From positions 1 through 64,000 of the IMG/VR virus record IMGVR_UViG_3300048924_000191: a DNA stretch of 64,000 bases. One strand, 5' to 3'. Every line of letters begins with the position of its first letter. Positions within the stretch are counted from its first letter, which is position 1. The translations under genes and the position numbers were made by a program. A model generated the notes under the pieces. It ran no database searches and was not told where the DNA came from. It saw only the letters and a list, made by a program, of their open reading frames with translations. Positions 1-9,594 of the stretch are shown piece by piece.

Positions 1-217
1 TAGAAGATCGTATCGATGTCCCGAGCGGCATACAGCTTTTGGAACTCAGCGTCATCGATGACGCCGTTGGTGAGCTCGTGAAAATTGTTGTCGACGTGTC
101 GATCCCGATAGGCATCAGAATTAACCAGCAGCTCAGCGGCTTCGCCGCTGAGCTGTCGGATTGTGCCGTAGACGGTATCGAGGAGCATGTCGACAAAGAC
201 AAGTCCTCGTTGTTTCA

Positions 218-739
218 TCAGTCATCTCCAGCAGGAGGTGGAAGCTTCGGAGGAGTCAGCGCCCGCACCTTGTTGACGACATCAGTCATCGACAACAGAT
301 ACAGGAACATTGCCCAGGGGTTTGCCCGCATCATCTTGGCGTACGCCTGAGGCTCTGCCACGAACTGCGAAACTTCCCGGTTGACTTCTTTCGACCCCTT
401 CATCCAAGCGATCGTCTGCGCAAGGTACTCGACGAACTTGTCCGGGTAGTTCTGCGCAGGCGGTGCCAGGTGAGGCCAGAGCCTGAACATCATTTCACCC
501 GTCATCGCAATGATGAGGTCGATCCCATCCTCCCCGTGGTCGATGCGCAGGCTGTCCCAAAGCGCCGACAATGCCGTATCCGAGTGCAGTACCAAACGCC
601 ACCTGACGTTGTACTTGACCTCGAGCATCAACTTGAGGATTTGGGTCTGTCTCTCGTCGTGGTTGACGAAACGCAGGACGATACCTTCGCAGATATCAAC
701 GACCTGCGCTGCGTCGGAGATTGTCAGGTTTTGCGTCAT
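218..739 (-). CDS. hypothetical protein
   Basis: 173-aa ORF co-oriented with and overlapping the 3' end of the vRNAP subunit gene; no recognisable motif. Confidence 0.7.
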   Translation of the reverse strand: MTQNLTISDAAQVVDICEGIVLRFVNHDERQTQILKLMLEVKYNVRWRLVLHSDTALSALWDSLRIDHGEDGIDLIIAMTGEMMFRLWPHLAPPAQNYPDKFVEYLAQTIAWMKGSKEVNREVSQFVAEPQAYAKMMRANPWAMFLYLLSMTDVVNKVRALTPPKLPPPAGDD

Positions 740-1451
740 CTGGCACCACCGTGTTCTTGTCCAGGTTGTTGCCGATCAGCATGCAGTTCAGGTACACCGC
801 CATGGACAGTGTCGACTTACGCATACCCAGACCTTCGAGGTCCTTGAGTGAGACGCTACCGTTTTCGATCAGCTGTCGCCGATACTCACGATAGGCTTCG
901 GCGTTACCACCGCGCACACCCACAAACTCCGTGACGGTGTTGTCCAAACGCCGTCCCAGCAGAGAAGACATCTCAACCGACGAGATACGACTACCTTTGG
1001 AAAGGCTGGTCGGCTGGTCAGTCAAGTCATCCACTCGCTGGTTGTGCGAAGGGATGGAACTCTTCTTCATCTGGGTCTGCGCCTGACGACGAACCGGCAG
1101 GTCATAGACCGGATAGAAGTGCGGCGTCACGTATTCCTCGCCAGTAGCACCGTCCGTCATGATGAGGCGGTGTTCCAACTGCCGGCCCAGCTTCTTCACC
1201 AGGCGATAGTTGTTGGCGATCGAGACGCGCTTGCCGCTCATGTTCGGCACGATGATCGGGATGAAGTGACGTCGGGTGATTTCTTCAGGCGTGATTGCAG
1301 GACCTAAGCCCCGCACCCATTCCTCGAACATCGTATCCGACATCCCTGCAAACTGATCCTTAAGCAACTTCACGTTACTGTCATCGCCAGGGACGACTTC
1401 GGCAACGTAGGAGAGGATGAACTCCTCCACCTTCTTGCGCTTGGCATTCAT
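696..1451 (-). CDS. virion RNA polymerase beta-subunit C-terminal fragment (phiKZ gp149-like)
   Basis: DDLTDQPTSLSKGSRISSVEMSSL resembles the RpoB C-terminal 'VTQQPLGG..GGQRFGEMEVWAL' block; size and position near UvsX fit the phiKZ split RNAP; start moved to ATG 1451 (MNAKRKK) behind a GGAG RBS. Confidence 0.8.
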   Translation of the reverse strand: MNAKRKKVEEFILSYVAEVVPGDDSNVKLLKDQFAGMSDTMFEEWVRGLGPAITPEEITRRHFIPIIVPNMSGKRVSIANNYRLVKKLGRQLEHRLIMTDGATGEEYVTPHFYPVYDLPVRRQAQTQMKKSSIPSHNQRVDDLTDQPTSLSKGSRISSVEMSSLLGRRLDNTVTEFVGVRGGNAEAYREYRRQLIENGSVSLKDLEGLGMRKSTLSMAVYLNCMLIGNNLDKNTVVPDDAKPDNLRRSAGR

Positions 1452-1456
1452 AGCGA

Positions 1457-1744
1457 TCACTCCGGAGGGAGATTGAACCGCACCAGGGTTGGTAGTACGT
1501 GAGACTTGAAGTACTTCAACCACATCCCTGGCGCAATGTCGTCGCGCAGGCAGCCACGTTCGTCCTGTGTCGGAAGCTTGGACTCAGCCAAGATCAACCG
1601 AAAGTGTTTATTGAGCGCTTTGATAGAGCCCTCATCGGACGTGCACTGCTTTCGGTCGAATTGTCTGGCAAAGCGATCTGCCAGTTCCGGTCGTTTGTCG
1701 CGCAGAGCGTCTTCGACGTCCTGCACCAGAGAGGTAGTTGCCAT
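1457..1744 (-). CDS. hypothetical protein
   Basis: 95-aa ORF tightly packed between uvsX and the vRNAP gene, AAGGA RBS. Confidence 0.7.
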   Translation of the reverse strand: MATTSLVQDVEDALRDKRPELADRFARQFDRKQCTSDEGSIKALNKHFRLILAESKLPTQDERGCLRDDIAPGMWLKYFKSHVLPTLVRFNLPPE

Positions 1745-1756
1745 GGTTGCGGTTCC

Positions 1757-3223
1757 TTATTTCTTCGGTTCACTCCCTTGAGGCTCGGCCTCAGGCAGTT
1801 CCATTTGCTTGCGGGTTTTCGGATACCAATACGGGTGATACTTACCAACACGCATCAGCAGCAAGTCCATTGTGGAGAGATATGGGATATCCTTACCCTC
1901 TTCGACTGACATGCCCCAGAACCGGGTACTCAACAACAAGTCCCAGTCGTAGCCCAGCTTCTTGATATCTTCATACAACTGGGTAGGTTCACACACCAGA
2001 TCGAAGTCGAAATCGGTCCAGTAAGTGAACATCCAGTACATGTCGACCAAGATGCGTGCTGCAAGCACCATAGAGTAATTATCGCGGAAGGTCTGACGAA
2101 TCGTGTTGCGATTGACCTTCAAGTGCGGGGTCAGGGCCAAGGCATAGTTGGTGTTGTCACCAACCAGACCAAAGCGCCCAGCGTTTTCTTTCAGGAAGTC
2201 GAAGTTCGACATTTCTGGAGACAGGCCGTTCTTCTGAGAAACGACCATCGGCAGAGGTACACCGGAGATACCGAACTTGCCGCGTTGGTTGATCAGAGTC
2301 AGACGGATGAGGTCGATACCCTGGTCATCACCGTCGCCACGGGCGTACGGATATTGCGGCTTCTTGTCGACCATCATGGGTTCCATGGAGGTCACGACAT
2401 AACAGTTACCGGTGTGGAACGAGAGGTTTTCAGGCACTCGCTTGAGCTTGACATCGCCCTTCAAATGCTTGAGAACCTTGACGGTCGGTTTATGCGGATC
2501 GAGCTGATACGCTTGACCTACGTGTGCCGTACCGCAGAAGTAGATGCCGTACTTGGCGGTCAGGTCAGGAAGTTGTTCAACGATCTGACTCTTACCGCTG
2601 TTGACGCGCATTGCCAACATGTTCAGCTCTTTGGTACCGACTTCACCTTCGTCGAGCATCTGAGTGGCGTTCTCAGCCTTGAGGCCGGACAGCGAGTCCC
2701 AGAACTCGATCATCGGTGTCCAGTACTTGTACGGCTTACCGGTGGAGGTGTCGATGATCTCAAGGTCGATCTTCTTCTCATCCTTCTCACGCCCTTTGGC
2801 GAATTCCTTGAGAAGGTTGGTGACCTTGGTACCGTCGTAGTCAACCGACGAGGTGAAGAACAGACGACCTTCCGACATGAGGTTCTCAGGCACCTTCATG
2901 TTGGCCAGCTTGATGTGCATGGCCAGACGGGTCAGACGTTCAACACGTTCGTGGACCATGGTGGTCTCGGTATCGTGAACGTGCATCTGAGATTTTGGGA
3001 AGGCCCGCAGGACAGCAGCAGCCGATGCGGCAGCCAGTGCGGACTTGAACATGTTCGGCAGTGCAGCAATTACCCAGAACAGCGCGTATCCGCCGTTGAG
3101 GACGTGTTGACCCTTGTGGCCGATAACCCAGCTACCGGCTGAGATGTCGAGAATGGTACCCGTGTTAGGCATCGGATAGAAGGGGGCGGCCTTCTTCTTG
3201 TAAATGTCAGCGAACGTTGCCAT
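1757..3223 (-). CDS. uvsX: RecA/UvsX-like recombinase (phiKZ gp152-like)
   Basis: PNTGTILD motif before a variant Walker A (ALPNMFKS), HDTETT catalytic Glu, Walker B-like EFWDSL; 488 aa. Confidence 0.8.
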   Translation of the reverse strand: MATFADIYKKKAAPFYPMPNTGTILDISAGSWVIGHKGQHVLNGGYALFWVIAALPNMFKSALAAASAAAVLRAFPKSQMHVHDTETTMVHERVERLTRLAMHIKLANMKVPENLMSEGRLFFTSSVDYDGTKVTNLLKEFAKGREKDEKKIDLEIIDTSTGKPYKYWTPMIEFWDSLSGLKAENATQMLDEGEVGTKELNMLAMRVNSGKSQIVEQLPDLTAKYGIYFCGTAHVGQAYQLDPHKPTVKVLKHLKGDVKLKRVPENLSFHTGNCYVVTSMEPMMVDKKPQYPYARGDGDDQGIDLIRLTLINQRGKFGISGVPLPMVVSQKNGLSPEMSNFDFLKENAGRFGLVGDNTNYALALTPHLKVNRNTIRQTFRDNYSMVLAARILVDMYWMFTYWTDFDFDLVCEPTQLYEDIKKLGYDWDLLLSTRFWGMSVEEGKDIPYLSTMDLLLMRVGKYHPYWYPKTRKQMELPEAEPQGSEPKK

Positions 3224-3294
3224 GTGTTTGAATTCCCCGGGGGTGCGGTTAAGTGATCCACAGAATAAGGACCGTCAGTAAAATAATAGTCTGG

Positions 3295-3298
3295 TATG
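3295..3298 (+). promoter_or_regulatory. candidate late promoter (TATG)
   Basis: TATG after AT-rich AAAATAATA, upstream of a structural-type gene; TATG is the phiKZ late promoter core but only a 4-mer. Confidence 0.35.
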
Positions 3299-3331
3299 AC
3301 TAAACACCATCTTCTTGGGATATCGTCCGTT

Positions 3332-4219
3332 ATGTCGAACTTCAATGAACTGTACAAACAGGTCTCGCAAGAGCACCTCTCTAAACTCGATGAGATCATC
3401 GCTCTGGGTTCTTCGGTATCGAACGAATCGAAGGCGTTGGCGTTCATCGACTCCACCAAATCCAAGTTCTTCGATTACGTCCAGCGCGTACATCACTTCC
3501 TCCAGTCGCTGAGCTTTGGCAACAAAGTGACTGCGCAGATCAACGCTACCGAGATGTTGCAGCGGTACGTGGCTGAGCCGTACAGCGAGAACCGCAAACT
3601 GACCTTCGAAGTCGCTCCAGGCTTTACCGGTAACCTGCCGAACTTCCTCAAGCTGATCGTTCACGACATCCTGCCGGCTGGCGTCGGTATCGAAACCACC
3701 CTCAAGGTGACCGTTACCCGTCTGGCTCAGATCCTGAACGAACCTGACCGCATGAAGGCTCAGTCCGGCATCCGTGATCTGGAGCAACACCTGACGCTGG
3801 TGAGCTCCGACAAGCTGGATGAAGTCAAGAGCTACTTCAAGGACGGTAGCAAGTCTCAGGCCAAGGTCAGCGACGTCATGGGTCGTAACGCCGACATGAC
3901 TGAAGTCTACCGACTGACCAACGTCTGGAACGAGACGCTTGGCAAGATCGACTTCAAGCGTGCTCAGGATCTGGTAACCCGTATCGGCGATCTGAGCGGT
4001 CACCTGAACAAGCTGCTGAACGAGGACGAAGGCGACAAGCCAGAAGTCTCGGGTCTCTCGGCTGGTCAGATGTCTGATCTGTTCTACCGTCTGGGCGTGA
4101 CCGTCACCGCGTGCAGTGTGCTGATCGAAATGGCTCGTCAACACTCCGAAGCCATGCAGCGCAACGTCGACAGCATCCTCGGTCAACTGCCGAAGAAGAA
4201 AGACGACGCAGCAGCATAA
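3332..4219 (+). CDS. putative virion structural protein (phiKZ gp153 position)
   Basis: helical ~295-aa ORF with strong codon bias, divergent from uvsX; start could also be 3296. Confidence 0.6.
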   Translation: MSNFNELYKQVSQEHLSKLDEIIALGSSVSNESKALAFIDSTKSKFFDYVQRVHHFLQSLSFGNKVTAQINATEMLQRYVAEPYSENRKLTFEVAPGFTGNLPNFLKLIVHDILPAGVGIETTLKVTVTRLAQILNEPDRMKAQSGIRDLEQHLTLVSSDKLDEVKSYFKDGSKSQAKVSDVMGRNADMTEVYRLTNVWNETLGKIDFKRAQDLVTRIGDLSGHLNKLLNEDEGDKPEVSGLSAGQMSDLFYRLGVTVTACSVLIEMARQHSEAMQRNVDSILGQLPKKKDDAAA

Positions 4220-4227
4220 AGCAAAAC

Positions 4228-4260
4228 CATAGTGGCGTGGGCATTGCCCACGCCACTATG
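4228..4260. terminator. perfect 15-bp hairpin between convergent genes
   Basis: CATAGTGGCGTGGGC-att-GCCCACGCCACTATG, followed by CCGT; member of the TATG-flanked hairpin family. Confidence 0.75.
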
Positions 4261-4271
4261 CCGTCCGCAGC

Positions 4272-4682
4272 TTAGTGCCGGCGCACGCTTTCGAACACAG
4301 CTTGCATGTCTTGACGTAACGCTCGGCCATCACCGTATTTCATCCAGCGAGGTACTTCGTTCAGCACTTCCATTGCCAGGGCAGACATCGACGCATTACC
4401 CGCCTTGTACCTGGCGAACATGCCCGGCAGATCCAGTTTTCCCCAGATCATGTTCGAGCAGGCTGCCGGGAACCGCAATGCGCGATTGTCCTGAACCAGA
4501 TGGAACCGTTGGTTCACCTCGTCCAGTTCAGCCCGAGTAGGGTCCTTAACGCCCCGGAGTCGGAAGTATAACGAAGCGACGAACATCATCCGCTTCAAAC
4601 GACCAGCTGCCGATTCCGGGACATCAACACTCTCGGGGTGTCCCGTCTGGGCAATGACGGACACTTGCTTACCAGTACTCAT
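4272..4682 (-). CDS. hypothetical protein
   Basis: 136 aa from ATG 4682 (MSTGKQV), which avoids overlap with the RNase H gene. Confidence 0.6.
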   Translation of the reverse strand: MSTGKQVSVIAQTGHPESVDVPESAAGRLKRMMFVASLYFRLRGVKDPTRAELDEVNQRFHLVQDNRALRFPAACSNMIWGKLDLPGMFARYKAGNASMSALAMEVLNEVPRWMKYGDGRALRQDMQAVFESVRRH

Positions 4683-4710
4683 AGAGAAATCCTCTACGGC
4701 TAGTGAGTGG

Positions 4711-6186
4711 CTACCCGATCTGACGATAGTACAGATTTGCTTCAGTCCTGGCCCATAACCCAATTTCGCCAGTCGTCAGCTCTACCAGTGTGGCGTATCT
4801 CCCCACTAACTCCGACTCTCTCCACGTCACGACCTTAACGGACTTGACTTCTTCAGAGATAGCCGCCAGCTGGTTCCTTGTGAGAATATCACCACCAAAG
4901 ATCAGGCGTACGTTTCCGATGAACGGTTTAGGTTCATCGCCCGAGACTTCCAGATTAAACTCGACGTCAATGTCGAGATACTTCACGATCTGTGTGTACT
5001 TCGGTTTGAGCTTAAGGGTTTGTTTCTTCCCTTGGGCCTCATACAGTAAGTCCGTCAGATCTGTAATCCGGTGGCTCGAGTCAGCCCCCAATACCTTGTC
5101 GAGATGCCTCGACAGACTTTCCCACATCGCCACTTGACGGAAGCCGAGACCTAAAGGCTTCTGCTCAGTCATGATGATGTTGTCCTTCGCATCCGTGATG
5201 TCCAGACGCTTCTTGTGAGACACCAAGAAGGTGGGTCCGTATTCCGTCAGGTCTTGATACGTCTTCGGCGAGAAGATGGCGTCGAGGTGACCCAAGACCA
5301 ACTTGCCGTGTTTCAATGGATCTCGATCGTAGGCTGCTACCCGCAGCTTCTCAAGTACAGGCTCCGGCTCCGGTACGTACACCACCCCCAGGAAGTTATC
5401 GGCATACGGCTTACCGGCCAGATCGTCTTCCTTGTCCTTACCGCCATGACAGCCGACGTAGTAGATGTGGGACCCATCCTCACGGACGTGGTTCTCGTCG
5501 CCTGTGTAGAAGTACCACCGAGGTGCCTGCAAGATGCGAGGACACTGACTGGCAGTCTTCCAATACCCTTGCGCTTCCTTGACGGTCGTGAAGATCCGAG
5601 CGTCTCGGTTACGACCCAACACCTTACCGCGAGTCGCCAACGCGTCTGCTTTGGAGTTACCCGGATCGCCCGAATGCCCCTTGACGTGGTTGATGGTCAA
5701 TGACTCCATCGATTCCATCAAGCCGTCGTACAGCTCTTTGGTTTCTTCCCACGTCTTGCGATACTTAACCGGCTCACCTCGAGGCGTCATCCAGTTACGC
5801 TTCAGCCATTTCTCGAGCCATTCGGTAGTACCCTGGATTGCAAACTTCGAATCCGACCGAATGAGTACATGAGTGATCTGAGGATTTTCCTTCAACCACT
5901 TGAGAGCATGGATCAGAGCGATCACTTCTACTTCGTTGTTACTGCCCCAATCACGACCGCCACCGAGGATATCGACGTACTGTGCGATCGTGACTTTGTT
6001 ACCGACGTTGTCTTCGAAGATATAACCCTTGTCCGACGGTATCGCTTTAGGATTGCCGGTACCACGTTTGGGCTCTTCGTCAAAATAGGTGTATCCGTGG
6101 ACTCCCCAACCGCCGATCCTCTTCTCGAGATCAAAACCACCATCGGCGTAGAGAATGGCTTTGGTAGCCACTGGTTGTTCGGACAT
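4711..6186 (-). CDS. rnhA: ribonuclease HI with long C-terminal extension (phiKZ gp155-like)
   Basis: YADGG, SNNEVE, RSDSKF, WLKRNW, HVKGHSGDPGNSKADALA: complete RNase HI catalytic set. Confidence 0.93.
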   Translation of the reverse strand: MSEQPVATKAILYADGGFDLEKRIGGWGVHGYTYFDEEPKRGTGNPKAIPSDKGYIFEDNVGNKVTIAQYVDILGGGRDWGSNNEVEVIALIHALKWLKENPQITHVLIRSDSKFAIQGTTEWLEKWLKRNWMTPRGEPVKYRKTWEETKELYDGLMESMESLTINHVKGHSGDPGNSKADALATRGKVLGRNRDARIFTTVKEAQGYWKTASQCPRILQAPRWYFYTGDENHVREDGSHIYYVGCHGGKDKEDDLAGKPYADNFLGVVYVPEPEPVLEKLRVAAYDRDPLKHGKLVLGHLDAIFSPKTYQDLTEYGPTFLVSHKKRLDITDAKDNIIMTEQKPLGLGFRQVAMWESLSRHLDKVLGADSSHRITDLTDLLYEAQGKKQTLKLKPKYTQIVKYLDIDVEFNLEVSGDEPKPFIGNVRLIFGGDILTRNQLAAISEEVKSVKVVTWRESELVGRYATLVELTTGEIGLWARTEANLYYRQIG

Positions 6187-6240
6187 TGCGAATTCCCTTC
6201 TAACTCGTTCTAGACCATTGCGAGGTTTTGTAGCTTTTGA

Positions 6241-6639
6241 CTATTCGCCTTGGGCTTGGGTACATTTGAAACGAGTCAGTAGGACGCCGAGCTCACCGCG
6301 TAGTTCGCCGACATGTTCGGCTAGGGCGTTGGCGATGGCTTCTTTGTCGTTCTCCCCGAACTTAGACAGATCGGGTAGGGCCGGATACTTGTAGCGCTCG
6401 ATCTCTTCTTTGGTCAACGGCTTGCATTTGTTACTGTCGACCTTGTTGATCGTCTTCTCAAACTCCTTGGCTGAAGCTAATCGTTTGCGCTGCTTGACCA
6501 TCTCTTCCTGAGACATCGACACGTTGATGTTGATGTTGGGTGTCAGTGGTGCACACGACCCCATCGCAAGGCTCACGATGAGTAACAGCGGGAGTTGGAG
6601 AAGTGGACGTCTTGCGACCGCTCTGTGGTTTATGATCAT
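6241..6639 (-). CDS. lipoprotein, candidate o-spanin
   Basis: basic N-terminus, hydrophobic stretch and lipobox-like LAMGS-C; directly downstream of a TM coiled-coil gene. Confidence 0.55.
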   Translation of the reverse strand: MIINHRAVARRPLLQLPLLLIVSLAMGSCAPLTPNININVSMSQEEMVKQRKRLASAKEFEKTINKVDSNKCKPLTKEEIERYKYPALPDLSKFGENDKEAIANALAEHVGELRGELGVLLTRFKCTQAQGE

Positions 6640-6654
6640 GGCTCGTGGGTCCGA

Positions 6655-7095
6655 CTATTCGAAGGTCTTGAACCGAAGTTCGATTTGTGAACGTAAGCTC
6701 TGTGGCTGCTTCTTTTTCTTCGGCGCAGTCTTTGGCTGCACTACAGGCTCTGGGGGTTGTGGAAGATGATGTTCACTAGGACCTTCGGGACTTGGAGGAC
6801 CCAATCGCAGTTCGCGCAGTTCCTCCTCCAGTTTTGCTACCCTATCCTTGAGGTCCTGGTTGCTCTCCAATAAATGACTGTTGGTCAACTTCAAGCCGTC
6901 GTTGGCTCTAGCAGACTCGGTGGCAATTTCGGAAACGTGTGCGACCAAAATGAATAGGAAGAACACGCAGCCGGCTAAGATGGTTGCGACTTTATTTTCG
7001 AGCAGAAGCTCGCGCAACAACCGGTCTTTTAAAAGAATCTCCTTAAGAAAAGGTAGGAGAGACTTCAATACGAGAAGTACAGTAGAAGATCCCAC
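6655..7095 (-). CDS. membrane-anchored coiled-coil protein, candidate i-spanin
   Basis: TM helix ILAGCVFFLFILVA, heptad coiled coil, Pro-rich linker; GTG start with GAGG RBS. Confidence 0.55.
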   Translation of the reverse strand: MGSSTVLLVLKSLLPFLKEILLKDRLLRELLLENKVATILAGCVFFLFILVAHVSEIATESARANDGLKLTNSHLLESNQDLKDRVAKLEEELRELRLGPPSPEGPSEHHLPQPPEPVVQPKTAPKKKKQPQSLRSQIELRFKTFE

Positions 7096-7120
7096 CTCGT
7101 CATCCTCTTTGACGTCTTGA

Positions 7121-7177
7121 AAAATACTATGATTTTAGCCTATCCATTGTAACTTATTACATAGGTCCGCAGTCATA
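7121..7177. promoter_or_regulatory. divergent AT-rich promoter region with TATG motifs on both strands
   Basis: AAAATACTATG (TATG 7128-7131, +); CATA at 7160 and 7174 (TATG on -). Confidence 0.35.
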
Positions 7178-7191
7178 TATTTCACGCCGAG

Positions 7192-8514
7192 GTGCGTAAC
7201 GTGAAAATCTTTAAGGGCTTTGCTCAGATCGGTCCACTGACCGACAACGCTCCAAAGGTCGTGGCATCGGTGGGCGAACTGTCCACTCGTAGCCGTACCT
7301 TCGCTCGTGATCTTACCGAACACACTCACGGGGACTTCCTCGGCGAGATGTTGGTCGGTTTCTCCCACCGTACCGACGATACGCCAGATCGGATCTCTGA
7401 CGCTGATGCGTACAAAGTCCTGAAGGCGATCAACTGGGTCTACAACCAGGCACGTCTGTCGAAGTTCACCGAGAACCAGGTTGACTTCCAACAGCAGTTC
7501 ATTGCTGCGATGGGCGCTGAGTACGACTTGATCGGCTCTGGCTCGATGATTGCTTTCGGCAATTACTGGGCGCCTGAGTTCATCGAGATTGCTCCGTTCG
7601 AGCAGTCGGGTGAATTCCGTTGGAAGGTGTGGTTCGCTAACGAGTCGTTTGAGAACCAGTACGACGAGTTCCTGATCCTGGTGATTCCACCGATCGAAGA
7701 ACTCGATCGTTTCTTCGACGACTACAACGACGTCAAAGAGATGATTGCTAACGTCGAGCAGAGCGACATGTTCGACCGCTTGCGAATTGCTGTGGGTGAT
7801 TATCCACAGACTACGCAGCGCAACGATGTGTTCACTTGGCAAGACCGTAACGACAAGACCCTGAAGGTGGATACCAACTGGGTGACTGCGCACTACGGCC
7901 TGGCTGGCGACAACCTCGACGCCGTCAAGGAAGCGATCCGCGATTACATCATGGATCACACCACCCACACTCGGGATGAGTGGGCGGAGATCTTCCCCGA
8001 TATTTTTACTTCGACCGAGTTTATCATCACCCCACTCTGGAACGATTATGCGATCCCTAACCAGGTCAGGGAGACTGGGGTCTACTCGGGGAATATACCT
8101 TTCCAGAAGGCAATGGCACTGTGTCATCGCACTTGTAAAGGGGTTAGGTATACCGACCTGCACATCGACACCGTCATCAGCGGCATCGTGACCACGCACA
8201 AATCTGCGTCTGCTGCAATCGTCGGTGGTCCTGAGAACCGTGATGGCATCGACATGTTCTACGAGCGCTATCCGGACTACATCGGCGTACCGCCGCTGCA
8301 CCCTGACTTCATGCGCATGTCGGAAGAAACCCGCAACTTCGTCTACATGCTGTCGAAGATGTTGCTTGAGGCTGAAGAGATGACACTGAACTCTGGTGTC
8401 CCTCAAGGCTTCAACCGCGTGGTGCGTGATGGTGTGGTCTACATCGCCAAGTCGTACAAGAAGTTCCTCTACCTTGTGGTGACGAAGTACAGCGTTGAAC
8501 AACTGGAGGCCTAA
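7192..8514 (+). CDS. putative virion structural protein (phiKZ gp157 position)
   Basis: 440-aa ORF with strong codon bias; synteny with the phiKZ gp155-158 block; start may be GTG 7201. Confidence 0.6.
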   Translation: MRNVKIFKGFAQIGPLTDNAPKVVASVGELSTRSRTFARDLTEHTHGDFLGEMLVGFSHRTDDTPDRISDADAYKVLKAINWVYNQARLSKFTENQVDFQQQFIAAMGAEYDLIGSGSMIAFGNYWAPEFIEIAPFEQSGEFRWKVWFANESFENQYDEFLILVIPPIEELDRFFDDYNDVKEMIANVEQSDMFDRLRIAVGDYPQTTQRNDVFTWQDRNDKTLKVDTNWVTAHYGLAGDNLDAVKEAIRDYIMDHTTHTRDEWAEIFPDIFTSTEFIITPLWNDYAIPNQVRETGVYSGNIPFQKAMALCHRTCKGVRYTDLHIDTVISGIVTTHKSASAAIVGGPENRDGIDMFYERYPDYIGVPPLHPDFMRMSEETRNFVYMLSKMLLEAEEMTLNSGVPQGFNRVVRDGVVYIAKSYKKFLYLVVTKYSVEQLEA

Positions 8515-8516
8515 AC

Positions 8517-9155
8517 ATGGCCAGAGTCACACCACCAATGAACTCAGTAGGACTCTTCATCCTACGAGCTCCTTACCGGGCTACGGCTACGGTTGCCTAC
8601 AAGGTAGATGCACACCGGAACTTCAAGGACATCATTGATCAGAAGATCGATCCGATGGATTTGGTGTACCGGCCTGTAGGGCTTGACGAAACGGCGTATG
8701 CATCTGACCAAGCAGCTGGGGCGGTTATCGTCACGCTGACGTCAGCTACTGAAGCGGCGATCCATGTACCGGACACGTACATCGAGTCGTATCCGGACAT
8801 GGGTGTGGTACCGCACAGTTGGGTGGTGGTATCGGCCAGCTGTGGAATGCTGCCTGACATGTACGACACCACTGCGTTGCAACAAGCGGTGAGTGACGCC
8901 ATCTCAGAGCACGTCGGTGTTCCTGCGCAGGTGTTCGTAGCCAGAGCACCGGTGACCTCAGCGATCACACAAGAACAGTACGTCCAAGACTTGAATGCAC
9001 GTAACGCTGCAATCAAGAACCGGACTTCAGTCTACGCAGAGAACCTGCGGTTGATCAACGATCTGGCAAACAGTCGTGCGAACGAAGCAGCCTTGATGGA
9101 ACTCGTCGAGCAGTTGCAAGCGCGCATCGAAGAGCTGGAAGGCACTCCTCCGTAA
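8517..9155 (+). CDS. hypothetical protein with C-terminal coiled coil
   Basis: 212 aa, GGAGG RBS, coupled to the upstream gene. Confidence 0.75.
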   Translation: MARVTPPMNSVGLFILRAPYRATATVAYKVDAHRNFKDIIDQKIDPMDLVYRPVGLDETAYASDQAAGAVIVTLTSATEAAIHVPDTYIESYPDMGVVPHSWVVVSASCGMLPDMYDTTALQQAVSDAISEHVGVPAQVFVARAPVTSAITQEQYVQDLNARNAAIKNRTSVYAENLRLINDLANSRANEAALMELVEQLQARIEELEGTPP

Positions 9156-9162
9156 AGTAAGG

Positions 9163-9196
9163 GCATACAGCCGGGGCGAGTGCCCCGGCTGTATGC
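9163..9196. terminator. perfect 15-bp hairpin between convergent genes
   Basis: GCATACAGCCGGGGC-gagt-GCCCCGGCTGTATGC. Confidence 0.75.
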
Positions 9197-9200
9197 TGTC

Positions 9201-9398
9201 TCAGTAGAGATACCACTTCATTTCGCGAACAAACGAATACCACCCAGCTCCTGCTAAGAGTCCTGTCATGACGGCGAGGGCTAAGTGCTCCCACCACGTC
9301 GGGATGATCAATAACGCAGACCACCGCAACAACAAGATCGACAGGTAAGAAGCGGCAATCCACATCGAGTAGTAGATGGCAGCGTGAGTCAGGTCCAT
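9201..9398 (-). CDS. small two-TM membrane protein
   Basis: 65 aa from ATG 9398 with GGAGGT RBS; two hydrophobic segments. Confidence 0.55.
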   Translation of the reverse strand: MDLTHAAIYYSMWIAASYLSILLLRWSALLIIPTWWEHLALAVMTGLLAGAGWYSFVREMKWYLY

Positions 9399-9411
9399 GC
9401 AACCTCCAAGA

Positions 9412-9594
9412 TCAAATACCAAGCCACGCGGTTAACCCATACTTGATGGCGATATCCTCGAAAGTCCACGCGCAACCAACCGCTACAAATGCCGACAGGT
9501 AGAACCGACACAACCAGTCGTTGGGTTTGCACATCGATGGGACTACGAAGAACCAACCAAAGGCCAAGAACATAGTGATCAATGCAAACTTCAT
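9412..9594 (-). CDS. small two-TM membrane protein
   Basis: 60 aa, ATGA overlap with the sbcC stop, hydrophobic. Confidence 0.55.
   Translation of the reverse strand: MKFALITMFLAFGWFFVVPSMCKPNDWLCRFYLSAFVAVGCAWTFEDIAIKYGLTAWLGI

Noticed and set aside
3030-3070. Gly-less Walker A in UvsX (ALPNMFKS), likewise DnaB (ALPGQNKT), as a sign of inactivation
   Set aside because: Lys-Ser/Thr and the other motifs are intact; non-canonical P-loops appear typical of this phage family, so not called pseudogenes
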